Source of the DNA: an uncultured Treponemataceae bacterium
Lineage (GTDB): Bacteria; Spirochaetota; Spirochaetia; Treponematales; Rectinemataceae
Length of the DNA: 54,679 bases
Direction: 5' to 3'
Assembly: GCA_964428265.1 (NCBI GenBank)
Contig: CAYRXK010000002.1
Span: 1 to 54,679 of the forward strand
Shown here one piece after another: positions 27,064 through 36,940 of this stretch; the stretch's first letter is position 1, and the number at the start of each line of letters is the position of its first letter. The notes under the pieces were generated by a model. The model did not search any database, was not told the DNA's origin, and saw only the letters and a list, made by a program, of their open reading frames with translations. The translations under genes were made by a program, and so were the position numbers.

Positions 27064-28707
27064 GCCGCCGCCGAGTATCCGCCCGGCTTCCACGGCTATG
27101 CTGCGCGCCGTGAACCAGCCCTGGCGGGCATGCAGGCGCTTGCCCGCCAGGCCGTGCGCGATCACCGCCCGGCGCATCGCCAGCGCGCGGGTGGCATCGT
27201 CGCGGTTGGCAGCCTCGCCGGATTCCTGATCGCCAAGGTCGCCCTGGGCGATCAGGCTTGCCCAGATGCCCGCCAGAAGACCCGCCTGGACATCGCCCGA
27301 ACCGGCGATGGCCAGCGCCTCCTCCATCCCCTCCCACACGCAGGGAAGCTCGCCGGGTATGCCCAGCCAGGTCATGTGCGATTTCAGGATGATCGCGGCC
27401 CCTTCCGGAAGCGCCAGAGCGGCCAGGGCCGCCCGGGGATCGGTCGCGGCAAGGGTCGCATCCTCGCCGAAGGCTGCGCGAAGTTCGCCCGGATGGGGGG
27501 TGAGCACGACCCGGGAAGCCTTCGACCTCCCTTCGCGCGCAAGACGCAGGTAGGGCGCGATGGCATCGGCATCCAGCACCAGCGGCAACCCGGATTCCAG
27601 CAATTCCGCCAGAAGTCCTTCGCGGTCAGGCCCCCTGCCCCATCCCGGGCCGGCCAGGACGAGGTCCCAGTCGCCCGGATCGAAGCCCGAAGCCTTACGT
27701 GGGCGCACCATGAGTTCTGGCGCGCGCCGCGCGATGGCCGACGCGATGCGGTCGTCCGCGAATACCGCCACATAGCCTGCGCCCGCGCGGAGGGCCGCAT
27801 CGGCGCAGAGCCAGGCCGCGCCCGCGGCACCCGGAGATCCTGCGAACACCGCCACCCTGCCGCGCCTGGTCTTGTAGGCAGTGGCCGAAGCAAGGCGACG
27901 CCGCCTGAGCGCGCCTGAGTCCAAACCCGCTTCCGCGCCTGAGTCCGTTCCCCCGCCCGCATGCCCCGCGGGCAGCCCGAGATCCGTCGCTTCCAGCAAG
28001 AAGGCTTCGGGAACCGCGTCGGCGCCATCGGCGGGAAACACGCCCCGCACTTCCGCCACAGTTCCGCGCCGCGCGGCTACCCCGGGCACGTACAGCGCGG
28101 TCTTCAGGGGCGAAAGGCACAGGGTCAGGTCCGCGTGCACGGTCAGCCTGCCGGATTCCATCGCGTCGCCCGATCCGGACGGCAGGTCGATCGACACGAC
28201 CAGGGGTTTGCGCGCCTGGCCGCATGCGCGGATCATGTCGAGGGCTTCGCCCCGGGGGGCTGATTTCACGCCTGAGCCCAGGATGCCGTCCAGGACGATG
28301 TCCGCTTCATCGAGCAGCGCGGCGCAGGAGGCATCCCAGCGCCGGCGCGGGACTCCCAGGCTGTCCAGGCTCCCGGCCTGGGCCGCCTGCGGGGATCCCT
28401 CCGGAATGTCGAGGTGGATCGCCAGCAGGTCCGCCGCTCCGGCATCGAAGGCGGCATGGCGCAGGATCGCCATCGCGTCGGCGCCGTTGTCGCCCCTGCC
28501 GCAGAGCGCGACCAGCCTGGCACCCGACGGAAAGCCGGGGAACCTGGCGGAACCGTCAGCCCGCCGGAGCCCCGCGGCCCAGGCGCGAAGCGCGTCGTAC
28601 AGGCGCAGCGAAGCCTTTTCCATCAACTGCAGCGGCTGCAGCGCCGCCTGATCGCGGGTGCGCGCATCCAGAAGGCGGGATTCCGCGCAGGAAACCAGTG
28701 CTTTCAT
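27055..28707 (-). CDS. nnr: Bifunctional NAD(P)H-hydrate repair enzyme Nnr (epimerase + ADP-dependent dehydratase)
   Basis: 550 aa. N-terminal YjeF_N (LCGRGDNGADA) and a C-terminal carbohydrate-kinase-like dehydratase (FAGSPGAAGAA, LTPHPGE, AGSGDV). Confidence 0.9.
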   Translation of the reverse strand: MKALVSCAESRLLDARTRDQAALQPLQLMEKASLRLYDALRAWAAGLRRADGSARFPGFPSGARLVALCGRGDNGADAMAILRHAAFDAGAADLLAIHLDIPEGSPQAAQAGSLDSLGVPRRRWDASCAALLDEADIVLDGILGSGVKSAPRGEALDMIRACGQARKPLVVSIDLPSGSGDAMESGRLTVHADLTLCLSPLKTALYVPGVAARRGTVAEVRGVFPADGADAVPEAFLLEATDLGLPAGHAGGGTDSGAEAGLDSGALRRRRLASATAYKTRRGRVAVFAGSPGAAGAAWLCADAALRAGAGYVAVFADDRIASAIARRAPELMVRPRKASGFDPGDWDLVLAGPGWGRGPDREGLLAELLESGLPLVLDADAIAPYLRLAREGRSKASRVVLTPHPGELRAAFGEDATLAATDPRAALAALALPEGAAIILKSHMTWLGIPGELPCVWEGMEEALAIAGSGDVQAGLLAGIWASLIAQGDLGDQESGEAANRDDATRALAMRRAVIAHGLAGKRLHARQGWFTARSIAVEAGRILGGGTG

Positions 28708-29948
28708 CGTGTCACCCTTCCGACCCGGTCGGCCGCGCCCAGGTCCCAGTAGGACAGCCTGATCCCCCGGGGAAGTTCGATGAGCGCGCTGACCACGCCT
28801 GCCTTCGAAACCTCGATATCCGGCACGCTGACCGTATCTTCAGGCAAGTCAAGCCTGACACGCCTGCGGATCATCCCTTCGGAACCGACCAGCATGACGC
28901 GCAGCGAGCCCGTGCGGCCCGGTGAATCCCCTGTCGCGAGCGTTTCGGCGAGAAGGTACTGCGAACCCACCATGCCGAGCAGGGTCAGGGGAGCTTCGTC
29001 GGCCTTCTTTCCTGTTCCCGACAGCCGCGTCTCGGCGGTGACGGATCCCGAACGCATATCCATGACAAAGAGCCAGGAACCCGCGGGTTCCAGCGAAATC
29101 ACGGCACCGGAAGCCGGATCCATGATTTCCTCGACATACTCGCATTTCAGGATCACACGGGGCGAGGCGCCATCCGGCACGGCGTCGAGCGCGTCCGGAT
29201 ACGAATGCAGCCGGCGGCGCGGATCATGCGGACCCTCCAGTTCGCGGGGCACGGGCAGGGAATCACGGGGTATCCTGAGCGAGGATTCGAGGGTGCCGTC
29301 GGGCGCGAAACGGTGCGCGACCAGCATGGTGGGTGTCTGCGAAAGAACGTAGAGGTAGTCGTTTTCGGTGACGCGCAGCCGGTCTATCCGGGGAAACGGG
29401 CTGCCCCCGGGACCTTCCTGCCCGAGGGGAGCTTCTTCCCTGCCGCCCGGGCCGAAGCGGCGCACGATGCGATCGCACCATGCGGACTGGGCGGCGTTGT
29501 ACACGGGAGTCTGGCCCTGCACCCGATCCGCCGCGTACAGTCGCTGCAGCGAATCGGCGGCGATTTCTTCAGGCGCGAATCCGGGTACCTGGAGGGCGTA
29601 GCGCGCCGTACCCTGCGTTCCCGATGGCGTGGAATCGGCGGGGCTGAGCACGAAGGGCTTGCCGGATCGCGCCGGGTCGTACAGGAGGGCAAGCACGTCG
29701 CCATAGGCGGACAGCCGCATCAGCGTGCCGCCGGAGCGGCTGGAAAGGTGCGCCATGCCTTCCTTTACGGAGAGCGAGAGCCGGTTGGACGGTTGCCCGG
29801 GCAGAGCGGCGGAAAAATCCACCTGCGATTCGCCGGGCCCGAATCCGAGGTCGAACAGGTCCACCCTCTCCGCCTCACGGAGCGCGCCGGGGCCACCGCA
29901 GGACCCCAGGACGAGAATGCAGGCAATGCAGGCAAGCGTGCAACGCAT
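28704..29948 (-). CDS. Hypothetical lipoprotein
   Basis: Start chosen at [19 protein letters not shown] (signal peptide plus lipobox-like LGSC); ATG 29999 is an alternative. No family recognised. Its stop overlaps the nnr start (ATGA). Confidence 0.6.
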   Translation of the reverse strand: MRCTLACIACILVLGSCGGPGALREAERVDLFDLGFGPGESQVDFSAALPGQPSNRLSLSVKEGMAHLSSRSGGTLMRLSAYGDVLALLYDPARSGKPFVLSPADSTPSGTQGTARYALQVPGFAPEEIAADSLQRLYAADRVQGQTPVYNAAQSAWCDRIVRRFGPGGREEAPLGQEGPGGSPFPRIDRLRVTENDYLYVLSQTPTMLVAHRFAPDGTLESSLRIPRDSLPVPRELEGPHDPRRRLHSYPDALDAVPDGASPRVILKCEYVEEIMDPASGAVISLEPAGSWLFVMDMRSGSVTAETRLSGTGKKADEAPLTLLGMVGSQYLLAETLATGDSPGRTGSLRVMLVGSEGMIRRRVRLDLPEDTVSVPDIEVSKAGVVSALIELPRGIRLSYWDLGAADRVGRVTR

Positions 29949-30025
29949 CGGGCCCATCGTATCGCGGTCCGCGCTGTCATGCCAGCCGGGTCCGGCCAAC
30001 CTTGACCCCGAGGGGGTCTGAAAGT

Positions 30026-32863
30026 ATGCTTTCGGCCATGGCCTTCAACCTCATGACCGCCCTCGTCGGTTCCAAGAAGGAACGCGACGTGCGCGCGCTC
30101 CTTCCCATATTGCACCGGATCAATGCCCTGGAAAGCGGAGTTCTCTCGCTCCCCGACGACGGATTCCCCGCCGCCACCGCCTCGTTCAGGGCACGGCTCG
30201 CCGCGGGCGAGAGCGCCGACGACCTGCTGCCCGAAGCCTTCGCCCTGGTCAGGGAAGCGGCGCGCAGGGTACTGGGCGAACGCCCCTTCGACTCGCAGAT
30301 GCTCGGCGGCATCGTCCTGCACCAGGGCAAGATCGTCGAAATGAAAACCGGCGAAGGCAAGACCCTGTCCTCGGTCGCCGCCGTATACCTGAACGCCCTT
30401 GGCGGAAATGGCGTGCACGTCGTCACGGTGAACGACTACCTGGCCGAGCGCGACTCCGCCTGGATGGGCAGGATACACCGCTTCCTGGGCCTGAGCGTCG
30501 GCTGCATCCTCTCGCGGATGGACAACGACGCGCGCAAGCTTGCCTACGCCTGCGACATCACCTACGGCACCAACAACGAACTCGGTTTCGACTACCTGCG
30601 CGACAACATGAGCTGGGATCCGGAACAGCGCGTGCAGCGCGGCCACCATTACTGCGTGGTAGACGAGATAGACTCGATCCTGATCGACGAGGCGCGCACC
30701 CCGCTGATCATTTCCGGCCCCTCCGACGACGACACCGCGAAGGTGGCCGAAGTGAACCGCATGTCCCTCGGCCTGGAAGAGGTGCGCAAGAATCCCGAAA
30801 CCGGCGAATACCCGCGCGAGGAGGAAGGCGAGGAATCCGTCGGCGACTACCGGATAGACGAAAAATCCAAGCGCATCATGTTCACCAGCCAGGGCCTGAA
30901 CCGGATAGAGGAGCAACTCCAGAAGCGATCCTTCATCCAGGGCAGCCTCTTCGACGAGCGGAATTTCGAGTACGTGCATTACTTCACGCAGGCGGTACGA
31001 GCCAGGGCTCTGTTCGAAAAGGATGTGGCGTACGTGGTGCAGGACGGCATGGTGCAGATTGTCGACGAGTTCACCGGACGCATCCTGCACGGACGCCGCT
31101 ACTCGGATGGCCTGCACGAGGCGATCGAAGCCAAGGAACGCATCAAGGTGGCTCGCCGCAACCGCACCCTGGCCACGATCACATTCCAGAATTACTTCAG
31201 GTTATATACAAAAATAGCCGGTATGACAGGAACGGCCGATACCGAAGCGCCAGAGTTCAGTAAAATATACAACCTCGATGTCGTGGTCATCCCATCCAAC
31301 CGCCCCATCGTCAGGGATGACCAGGACGACCTCGTATTCCTGAACGAAAACGACAAGTTCGATGCGATCTGCAACGAGATCGCCGAAGTGCACGCCAAGG
31401 GGCAACCCATCCTTGTCGGCACCGTATCCATCGAAAAGTCGGAAAAGCTGTCCGGCCTCCTCACCCGCAGGGGCATACGGCACGAAGTGCTGAATGCCAA
31501 GAACCACGCGCGCGAAGCCGTGATCATCGCCGAAGCGGGTTCCAAAGGCGCCGTGACCATCGCCACCAACATGGCCGGCCGCGGCACCGACATCAAGCTC
31601 GGCGGCAATCCGGAGTTCCGCGCGCGCCGCCGCGCCGGCAGCGAAGCCACCGAAGCGGAGTTCAGCGCCGCCCTCGACGCCGAATACGCCGCCTGGCGCG
31701 CCGACTACGAAGAAGTCAAATCCACCGGCGGCCTTTACGTGCTGGGTACCGAACGTCACGAATCCCGGCGCATCGACAACCAGTTGCGCGGCCGCTCCGG
31801 CCGACAGGGCGACCCGGGCACCTCGGTGTTCTTCCTCTCGCTCGACGACGACCTCATGCGGCTCTTCGGAGGTGAAAACTTCAAGAACCTGATGAGCAAG
31901 GTGGGCATGAAACCCGGCGAGCCCATCTACCACCCCCTTCTCAACCGAACCATTGAAAACGCCCAGAAAAAGGTCGAGGAACGCAACTTCGAGATTCGCA
32001 AGCACCTGCTCGAATACGACGACGTGCTGAACAAGCAGCGCGGCTTCATCTACCAGCAGCGCGACGAGATACTGAAGGCGCCCGACCTTGCCGACCGCAT
32101 CCGCGCCACCGCGCTGGACATGGTGGCTTCCGGGGCGGCATCCCTTTCCTCCGGCATGTCCGGAAAGAAAGACGATGGCATGGATCCCACCGAATTCTCC
32201 GCCTGGCTGTTCGAACGCTTCGGCATCGAGATGAGCCCGGCCGAGGTCGCCGCCGAGGCCAAGCGCCAGCCCGGAGGGGTCGAGGCGCTGCGCGAACGCA
32301 CGATAGCCCTGCTGGACGCGGACATGGACGCCAAGGTCGGGTTTGCCGGTGCCGACAACCTGAACCAGTTCATACGCTTCCAGTATCTGCAGGCCATCGA
32401 CAACAAGTGGCTGGACCACCTCGATTCAATGGAAGGACTGCGAGAGGCCGTGTACCTCCGTTCCTACGCGCAGAAGAATCCCCTGCTCGAATACAAGATC
32501 GAGGGTTCATCCATGTTCGAGGAAATGGTGGACGCGATTCGCGAGTCCATCGCCTCGCGCATCTACCGCGTGCGCATCCAGCAGCCCGAACCCGCGCAGG
32601 CGCGCGTCGCTCCCCGCGCCATGGTCACCGCGCGGCACGACGAGCAGGGGCAGTTCAATGGCGCGGGCGCGACGGCTTCCCCTGCGGGCGCGTCGTCGGG
32701 CATCGCCGAATCCGCCCGCTCGGCGCGGCACGAGGGGTCGCAGATTTCGCGGGCGGCCGTGCCCGATGCCGCCACCGTGGTACGCCAGGGCGAAAAGGTC
32801 GGCCGGAACGACCCCTGCCCCTGCGGTTCCGGCAAGAAGTACAAGCATTGCCACGGCGCGTAG
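30026..32863 (+). CDS. secA: Preprotein translocase ATPase SecA
   Basis: About 945 aa. DEAD-like motor ([35 protein letters not shown]), PPXD, HSD/HWD and a C-terminal zinc motif [14 protein letters not shown]. Start is ambiguous among ATG 30026, 30038 and 30053; 30026 has GAGGGGG upstream. Confidence 0.93.
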   Translation: MLSAMAFNLMTALVGSKKERDVRALLPILHRINALESGVLSLPDDGFPAATASFRARLAAGESADDLLPEAFALVREAARRVLGERPFDSQMLGGIVLHQGKIVEMKTGEGKTLSSVAAVYLNALGGNGVHVVTVNDYLAERDSAWMGRIHRFLGLSVGCILSRMDNDARKLAYACDITYGTNNELGFDYLRDNMSWDPEQRVQRGHHYCVVDEIDSILIDEARTPLIISGPSDDDTAKVAEVNRMSLGLEEVRKNPETGEYPREEEGEESVGDYRIDEKSKRIMFTSQGLNRIEEQLQKRSFIQGSLFDERNFEYVHYFTQAVRARALFEKDVAYVVQDGMVQIVDEFTGRILHGRRYSDGLHEAIEAKERIKVARRNRTLATITFQNYFRLYTKIAGMTGTADTEAPEFSKIYNLDVVVIPSNRPIVRDDQDDLVFLNENDKFDAICNEIAEVHAKGQPILVGTVSIEKSEKLSGLLTRRGIRHEVLNAKNHAREAVIIAEAGSKGAVTIATNMAGRGTDIKLGGNPEFRARRRAGSEATEAEFSAALDAEYAAWRADYEEVKSTGGLYVLGTERHESRRIDNQLRGRSGRQGDPGTSVFFLSLDDDLMRLFGGENFKNLMSKVGMKPGEPIYHPLLNRTIENAQKKVEERNFEIRKHLLEYDDVLNKQRGFIYQQRDEILKAPDLADRIRATALDMVASGAASLSSGMSGKKDDGMDPTEFSAWLFERFGIEMSPAEVAAEAKRQPGGVEALRERTIALLDADMDAKVGFAGADNLNQFIRFQYLQAIDNKWLDHLDSMEGLREAVYLRSYAQKNPLLEYKIEGSSMFEEMVDAIRESIASRIYRVRIQQPEPAQARVAPRAMVTARHDEQGQFNGAGATASPAGASSGIAESARSARHEGSQISRAAVPDAATVVRQGEKVGRNDPCPCGSGKKYKHCHGA

Positions 32864-32870
32864 GCCGGCC

Positions 32871-34376
32871 ATGTCGCTGAACTGCCGAGAAATAGACCTC
32901 ATCCTCGAAGAACTTTCCCTGCCGGGCATGAAGGTCGAAAAGGTGTCGCAGCCGTCCTACGACACGATCGTCCTGAGCATGCACGGCGGCGGCCGCACCC
33001 TGCACCTTCTGCTGTGCGTGGGCCATGGCGCCTGCAGGCTGCACGCCGTGACCTCGCTGCCGGCGAAAAACGACCGCCCCCTGCGCTTCATGGAGTGCCT
33101 CCGCTCACGGATCAGGGGCTCGCGCATCATTGCGGCCACGCAGCTCGGCGACGAGCGCATCGTCCGCATCGACCTGGAAAACTCCGAGGCTCGCCACACG
33201 CTGTACGCGCGGCTCTGGAGCGGCGCGGGCAACCTGGTGCTGGTGGACGGCGACGGCATCATAGTGGACGCGCTGGCGCGCAAGCCTTCGCGCGGCGAGC
33301 TTTCGGGCCTGCGCTGCACGATCGGCGAGGCGCAGCCACCCTCAGCCTCCGAAGCCGCCGCGCCCGCGAAGGCCGCCGGGGCCCCAAAGAGCGCCGCTGC
33401 CGGAAGTCCGGCAAAACCTGCGCGGGTGTTCACCATCCGCGAACTTCCGGGCTCCGGCAGTTTCAACGAACGCATCGCCTCCTTCTACGCGGAGCGCGGC
33501 GCCGGCATCTCGCGCGAGGCGCTGCTCGAAACCGCCAGGGAACGCCACGGCCGCCGCATGCGCATGCTGCGTGAACGCGAAGGCGAGCTGGCCGCCCGCG
33601 CCGGCGAATTCCGCGACGCGGACCGCTTGCGCGAACTCGGCGACATCCTGATCGCGGGATACCCTCAACCCGAAAAAAAGGGCAACGCATGGTACGCCAT
33701 CGCGCAGGACTTCTACCGCGGCGGCGAGGTGTCCATAAAGGTCGATCCCGACCGCAGCCACGTGGAAAACGCGCAAGCCTATTACGAGCGCTACCGCAAG
33801 GCGAGCTCGGGCATCGCGGACCTGGAGCTGGAACTGGAGCGCACGCGCGTCTCTATCCGCAACCTGGACGCCTGGCTGGCCCGCGCGGAATCCGAAACCG
33901 ATCCCTACGCCATCGCGCGCATGCTCTCGCGCGCCGGAACCGCGCGTGAAAAGGAAGTACGCCGCTACCCCGGCCTGGCCTTTATCCGCGACGGCTGGGT
34001 TCTCCTGGTCGGCCGGAGCGCCGCGGAAAACGACGCGCTGCTCCGGCGGCACGTGCGGGGCTCGGACCTCTGGCTGCACGCCCGCGACCGCGCGGGCTCC
34101 TACGTGTTCGTGAAGGCGCAGCGCGGCAAGAGCGTGCCGCTGGAGGTGCTGATCGACGCCGGCATGTTGGCCATTTACTATTCCAAGGCGCGCGCGGAAG
34201 GGGAAGGCGATCTGTACTACACCCAGGCCAAGCACTTGCGCCGAGCCAAGGACGCCCCCAGGGGCACCGTCCTGCCATCGCACGAAAAGAACCTGTATGT
34301 CCGGATCGAGGAAGCGCGCCTGAAAGGGCTGCTGGCGATGTCGGACGGCGCGCAGGCGCAGGAGGAATTCCGATGA
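32871..34376 (+). CDS. NFACT-family protein (RqcH / fibronectin-binding protein A-like)
   Basis: 501 aa. NFACT-N-like N-terminus, central coiled coil and NFACT-R/DUF814 (GWVLLVGRSAAENDALLRRHVRGSDLWLHARDRAGSYVFV). The track ORF start at 32658 lies inside secA. Confidence 0.8.
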   Translation: MSLNCREIDLILEELSLPGMKVEKVSQPSYDTIVLSMHGGGRTLHLLLCVGHGACRLHAVTSLPAKNDRPLRFMECLRSRIRGSRIIAATQLGDERIVRIDLENSEARHTLYARLWSGAGNLVLVDGDGIIVDALARKPSRGELSGLRCTIGEAQPPSASEAAAPAKAAGAPKSAAAGSPAKPARVFTIRELPGSGSFNERIASFYAERGAGISREALLETARERHGRRMRMLREREGELAARAGEFRDADRLRELGDILIAGYPQPEKKGNAWYAIAQDFYRGGEVSIKVDPDRSHVENAQAYYERYRKASSGIADLELELERTRVSIRNLDAWLARAESETDPYAIARMLSRAGTAREKEVRRYPGLAFIRDGWVLLVGRSAAENDALLRRHVRGSDLWLHARDRAGSYVFVKAQRGKSVPLEVLIDAGMLAIYYSKARAEGEGDLYYTQAKHLRRAKDAPRGTVLPSHEKNLYVRIEEARLKGLLAMSDGAQAQEEFR

Positions 34377-35416
34377 GACCGCACGGCACGCCCCACCCTT
34401 CTCGTTGCAGACCGGTTCTTGCGCGGACGCTCGTTGGCATGAGGGCAAGCGCGGTGGCCGCGATATTCGCCGCAACCGCGATGTTCGCCGCGGCGCCCGT
34501 ATTCGCCGCCGATCCGGCAGCCCTGCATCTTTCGGTCATCCGAGGACCGAGCGGTCTTTCGGCCGCCTGGCTCATGGCATCGCCGCCTCGCACGGCCGAA
34601 ATCAGGCTTGATTTCCTGACCGTGGCATCGGCCGATCTTGCGCTGGCCAAGCTCCTGTCGGGAGAAACGGATGCCGCGGTCCTGCCGGTGAATGTCGCGG
34701 CCAAGCTGTACAACGCGACCGGCCGCATCCGCGCCGCGGCGGTGGTCGGCGGCGGCATGGTAAGGTTCCTCAGCGCCGACCAGTCGCTGTCGGATCTTTC
34801 CGGCCTGAAAGGCCAGGAAGTGGCCATAGGCGGGCAGAAAGCCACGCCCGATTACCTGTTCCGCCTGCTTATGGAAGCGCGAGGCCTCGCGCCCGGCAGC
34901 GGCTGGACGCCGAATTACAGCCTGGCATTCCCGGAAATCGTGGCATCGCTCGCCTCCGGCAGGATCAGGCACGCGGTGCTGCCCGAGCCTTTCGCCACGC
35001 AGGCGCTCATGGCCAATCCAGCCCTTCGCGCGCCTGCGGACCTGGGCGCGCTATGGAAGGCGCAGACCGGGCTGTCCGACTATCCCATGTCGCTGCTCGT
35101 GGTATCGGCCCCGCTCGCCGACACGCGCCGGGCGGCCCTCGCGGCCTTCCTGCGCGCCTACCGGGCATCGGTCGAACGCTGCATCGCCGAACCCGAGGCA
35201 ACCGCGGCGCTCGCCGAGCGTCTCGAACTGGGAATGAAGGCGCAGGTGGCGGCGAAAGCGATCCCCCGGTCCCGCTACCGGTGGGAGTCCGCCCTGTCCG
35301 CCCGCCCGGAAATAGAGAAGATGCTCTCGGTCTTCCTGGGGTATGAAGCCGCTTCGGTCGGCGGAAGGCTGCCCGATGAGGCATTCTACCTTCAGGCGGA
35401 GCCAGGCGCGCCATGA
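34373..35416 (+). CDS. ABC transporter substrate-binding protein (NitT/TauT, NMT1-like)
   Basis: ATG 34373 (ATGA overlap with the NFACT stop) has AGGAGGA 7 nt upstream. Alternative start ATG 34439 gives a cleaner signal peptide (MRASAVAAIFAATAMFAAAPVFA). The family call rests on context plus general SBP features. Confidence 0.7.
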   Translation: MRPHGTPHPSRCRPVLARTLVGMRASAVAAIFAATAMFAAAPVFAADPAALHLSVIRGPSGLSAAWLMASPPRTAEIRLDFLTVASADLALAKLLSGETDAAVLPVNVAAKLYNATGRIRAAAVVGGGMVRFLSADQSLSDLSGLKGQEVAIGGQKATPDYLFRLLMEARGLAPGSGWTPNYSLAFPEIVASLASGRIRHAVLPEPFATQALMANPALRAPADLGALWKAQTGLSDYPMSLLVVSAPLADTRRAALAAFLRAYRASVERCIAEPEATAALAERLELGMKAQVAAKAIPRSRYRWESALSARPEIEKMLSVFLGYEAASVGGRLPDEAFYLQAEPGAP

Positions 35417-36195
35417 ACGGCCGCCGCGCGGCTTTCGCCGCCGCGGGCCTTGCCACGGCGATCGCCATATGGAAGGCCGGCTCGCTCGCGGTGGGGTCGG
35501 ACCTCATCCTGCCGGCACCCGAAACCGTGTTGGCCGCCCTCGCCGGGCTTTCGGCCAGCCAGGCTTTCCGCGCCGCCCTCGCGGGCAGCCTGGGACGCGT
35601 CCTCGCGGCCTTCGCGATCAGCGTGGCGGCGGGTTCCCTGACCGGCGCCGTCTCCGCGCGCTGGCGCGATTCAGGCGCCTTCCTTGCTCCCCTGCTGACC
35701 GCGATCCGCGCCACGCCCGTACTCGCCCTGATCCTCGTGGCCATGTTCTGGTTTTCGTCGCATACCGTGCCCATCTTCACGGGAGTGCTGATGGCATACC
35801 CGGTATTCCATACCGCGGCCGAGACCGGCTTCCGCGCCGCCGACCGGAGCCTGCTCGAGATGTCCGCGCTGTTCCGCGTACCGCGGCGCAGGGTGCTCCG
35901 CAGCCTGATCATCCCCTCGGCCATGCCGTACCTGCTCTCGGGCGCCAAGAGCGCGCTCGGGCTCTGCTGGAAGGTGGTGGTGGCGGGCGAGGTGCTGAGC
36001 CAGCCGCGCGCCGCCCTGGGCACCGGCATGCAGGACGCGCGGCTGTCGCTTGAAACGCCGCTCGTGTTCGCGTGGGCCGCCGCCACCATCATGCTCTGCG
36101 GCGCGTCCGAATACCTTCTGGGGCTGGCGGCCAGACGGCTGGCCAGGCATTGGTCGGGTGCCGGCCGGATCACCGGAACGGGGGCGCGGGCATGA
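35413..36195 (+). CDS. ABC transporter permease (NitT/TauT family)
   Basis: 260 aa, about 6 TM, with an EAA-type loop (LLEMSALFRVPRRRVLRSLIIPSAMP). ATGA overlaps on both sides. Confidence 0.85.
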   Translation: MNGRRAAFAAAGLATAIAIWKAGSLAVGSDLILPAPETVLAALAGLSASQAFRAALAGSLGRVLAAFAISVAAGSLTGAVSARWRDSGAFLAPLLTAIRATPVLALILVAMFWFSSHTVPIFTGVLMAYPVFHTAAETGFRAADRSLLEMSALFRVPRRRVLRSLIIPSAMPYLLSGAKSALGLCWKVVVAGEVLSQPRAALGTGMQDARLSLETPLVFAWAAATIMLCGASEYLLGLAARRLARHWSGAGRITGTGARA

Positions 36196-36932
36196 CCGGA
36201 ATCGGCCTGCGCGGCGTCGTGAAATCCTATGGCGCGCTGCGTGTCCTGGACGGCGTTGACGCGGCATTCCCCCCATCGTCCATAACCGCGATCATCGGAC
36301 CTTCGGGCTGCGGAAAGACCACCCTCCTGCATCTGCTCGCGGGGTTGCTCGTACCCGATTCAGGCGCGGTGGACCTTCCGCCCGGACTTACCCGTTCCTA
36401 CGCCTTCCAGGAACCGCGGCTCCTTCCCTGGCTTGGCGCGGAAGCCAACATCCGCTACGCGGTCGAGGCGGTGCGGAGCCCCCATGAATCGGAGCGCCTG
36501 GCGAAAGTCTACCTCGAGCGGGCGGGCCTGGCGGATTTCACGCAGGCGCGTCCCTCCGCTCTTTCAGGCGGCATGCGGCATCGCCTTTCGCTTGCCCGGG
36601 CGTTCGCCTACCCATCCGACCTGCTCCTGCTGGACGAAGCGTTTTCCTCGGTGGATCTTGCGGTGAAGATCGGATTGATGGATCTGTTCCGGAATCTCTG
36701 GCAGGCGGAACGCCGGAGCACCGTCCTGGTGACGCACGATATCCAGGAAGCCGTATATCTGGCCGACCGTGTGCTGGTCATGAGCGCCGCACCTTCGCGC
36801 ATCATCGCCGAAGTGGCCATGACCACGCCGCCTGAGTCCCGGGTGTTCGGATCCACCACCGAAATCGAGGCCGAGGCTCGATTGTACGACCTCGCGCTCG
36901 GGCGCGGCTCGGCAGACCGGACCTGCGGGTAG
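36192..36932 (+). CDS. ABC transporter ATP-binding protein (NitT/TauT family)
   Basis: 246 aa. Walker A GPSGCGKTT, signature LSGGMRHR, Walker B LLLLDEAFS. Confidence 0.9.
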   Translation: MTGIGLRGVVKSYGALRVLDGVDAAFPPSSITAIIGPSGCGKTTLLHLLAGLLVPDSGAVDLPPGLTRSYAFQEPRLLPWLGAEANIRYAVEAVRSPHESERLAKVYLERAGLADFTQARPSALSGGMRHRLSLARAFAYPSDLLLLDEAFSSVDLAVKIGLMDLFRNLWQAERRSTVLVTHDIQEAVYLADRVLVMSAAPSRIIAEVAMTTPPESRVFGSTTEIEAEARLYDLALGRGSADRTCG

Positions 36933-36940
36933 CGAGCGAC

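Noticed and set aside
34300-34440. TPP or other riboswitch upstream of the NMT1-like ABC importer
   Set aside because: There is no non-coding space. The SBP gene overlaps or abuts the NFACT gene, and I see no conserved riboswitch core sequence.
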